Source: Candidatus Woesearchaeota archaeon
GTDB lineage: Archaea > Nanobdellota > Nanobdellia > Nanobdellales > CAZNIQ01
Length of the DNA stretch: 15,417 nt
NCBI GenBank assembly: GCA_964573185.1
Contig: CAZNIQ010000010.1
Location: forward strand, 5,765 to 21,181
Direction: 5' to 3'
In this document: piece after piece, positions 14,747 through 15,417 of the stretch
Layout: every line of letters starts with the position of its first letter
Position numbering within the stretch: the stretch's first letter is position 1
Program-made: the position numbers and the translations under genes
The notes under the pieces: generated by a model
Databases searched by the model: none
The model's input: the letters and a program-made list of their open reading frames with translations, nothing else
Told to the model about the DNA's origin: nothing

Positions 14747-14795
14747 ATGATGAATTCGGAGCATGCAGAATTATGAAGAGACGCCTGCACCCTGA
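14747..14795 (+). ncRNA. C/D box sRNA (2'-O-methylation guide)
   Basis: Same 7-12-4-3-7-12-4 layout as the sRNA at 5083. C AUGAUGA 14747-14753; guide AUUCGGAGCAUG; D' CAGA 14766-14769; linker AUU; C' AUGAAGA 14773-14779; guide GACGCCUGCACC; D CUGA 14792-14795. TATA TTTAAAAA (14716-14723) starts 31 nt upstream of the C box. Internal boxes are degenerate, as is common in archaea. Confidence 0.75.
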
Positions 14796-15196
14796 ATCAG
14801 TGCTTTCTCCTCTTCTCTTAAATTCCAAATCTTTAATCCTAATTCTTGTGCTTTCTGTATAATTTGCAATCTCTTCCTTTTACCTACAGTACTTGCAATT
14901 ACAACACAATCTCTGTTTGGATCTAAACCTTCTAATTCTTCAACATTGTGTACCAGAACAGGTCTTAATCCATTAGGTAATAAACCTTTAACTTCTTTAG
15001 GGGATCCATATCCAGTTTCAACTGGGGCTGGTTTTCCTTTTTGCTTTTTTCTTATCTTATTATGGATTCCTTTAGGTCTTCTCCAGTGATCAGGATCTTT
15101 TCTAAAAGCTATTTTCTTCCACCAATATGGCCTTAGGTAATCAGGTTTCTTTCTTTTAATTTTCCTTCTTAACTTTAATTTTGATAATATAGACAT
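14771..15196 (-). CDS. rpl32e: 50S ribosomal protein eL32 (L32e)
   Basis: 141 aa with WRRPKGIHNKIRKKQKGKPAPVETGYGSPKEVKGLLPNGLRPVLVHN and ASTVGKRKR motifs typical of L32e. TATA TATAATAA (15218-15225, minus) starts 29 nt upstream of the ATG. Confidence 0.93.
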   Translation of the reverse strand: MSILSKLKLRRKIKRKKPDYLRPYWWKKIAFRKDPDHWRRPKGIHNKIRKKQKGKPAPVETGYGSPKEVKGLLPNGLRPVLVHNVEELEGLDPNRDCVVIASTVGKRKRLQIIQKAQELGLKIWNLREEEKALIQGAGVSS

Positions 15197-15217
15197 GTGA
15201 ATGGTTAAAGAAAAAAT

Positions 15218-15225
15218 TTATTATA
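15218..15225 (-). promoter_or_regulatory. TATA box of rpl32e
   Basis: TATAATAA on the minus strand starts 29 nt upstream of ATG 15196 and overlaps the ppsA stop codon. Confidence 0.5.
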
Positions 15226-15417
15226 GCTTTCTAAGCTTCTCAAGTAAGATCTTTTTTTCTACTCTATAGACAGTTTCTCTCACTAATTCTATTGCGTCAG
15301 GATTAACTGATATAGAATCTATCCCTAATCTTACTAACATCTCTGCAAATTCCGGATCGGAGCCTGCTTGTCCACAGATTGACGTATAAACATTATATTT
15401 CTTTGCGACTTTAATTA
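15221..15417 (-). CDS. ppsA: phosphoenolpyruvate synthase / PEP-utilising enzyme, C-terminal fragment (runs off the window)
   Basis: Hand translation of the minus strand from 15415 gives [64 protein letters not shown]. The [25 protein letters not shown] block is the conserved C-terminal TIM-barrel motif with the catalytic Cys. Not in the ORF track because it is truncated. Confidence 0.8.
   Translation of the reverse strand, partial: IKVAKKYNVYTSICGQAGSDPEFAEMLVRLGIDSISVNPDAIELVRETVYRVEKKILLEKLRKL

Noticed and set aside
1-15417. CRISPR arrays, transposases/IS elements, integrases, toxin-antitoxin pairs or other obvious defence islands
   Set aside because: No spaced direct repeats, terminal inverted repeats or recognisable mobile-element or defence genes were found. 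The only repeats are the short GTTAAC-rich segments reported in the findings.

Overview
This window looks archaeal. It is AT-rich (roughly 30% GC by eye), the proteins are K/E/I-rich, and the few structural RNA genes are very GC-rich, which suggests a hyperthermophile with a compact, probably reduced genome (Nanoarchaeota/DPANN-like; this is inference). Genes are tightly packed and many ends overlap. Recognisable genes are thermosome, a Fap7/AK6-like kinase, eS27, endonuclease III, aIF5A, an M16 peptidase, an ATL-endonuclease V fusion, eL15, NurA-HerA, a geranylgeranyl-reductase-family flavoprotein, tRNA-Pro(GGG), a GH130 enzyme, a DUF4010-like membrane protein, eL32 and the 3' end of PEP synthase. 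Ribosomal protein genes are scattered rather than in the usual operons. The ORF track misses the small-RNA content. There are two textbook C/D box sRNAs (5083-5131 + and 14747-14795 +). The GC-rich island at 8644-8774 reads on the minus strand as a C/D box sRNA joined by 2 nt to an H/ACA-type hairpin with a K-turn and a 3' ACA, apparently driven by one TATA box. Other points to check are degenerate catalytic residues in both halves of the ATL-EndoV fusion, a tRNA gene embedded in-frame in the 3' end of an ORF with no stop before it, a nearly invariant 29-30 nt TATA-to-ATG spacing (leaderless mRNAs), a variant thermosome GDGTTT motif, and a 22-nt DNA segment shared by two unrelated genes. No CRISPR array, transposase or rRNA gene was seen.
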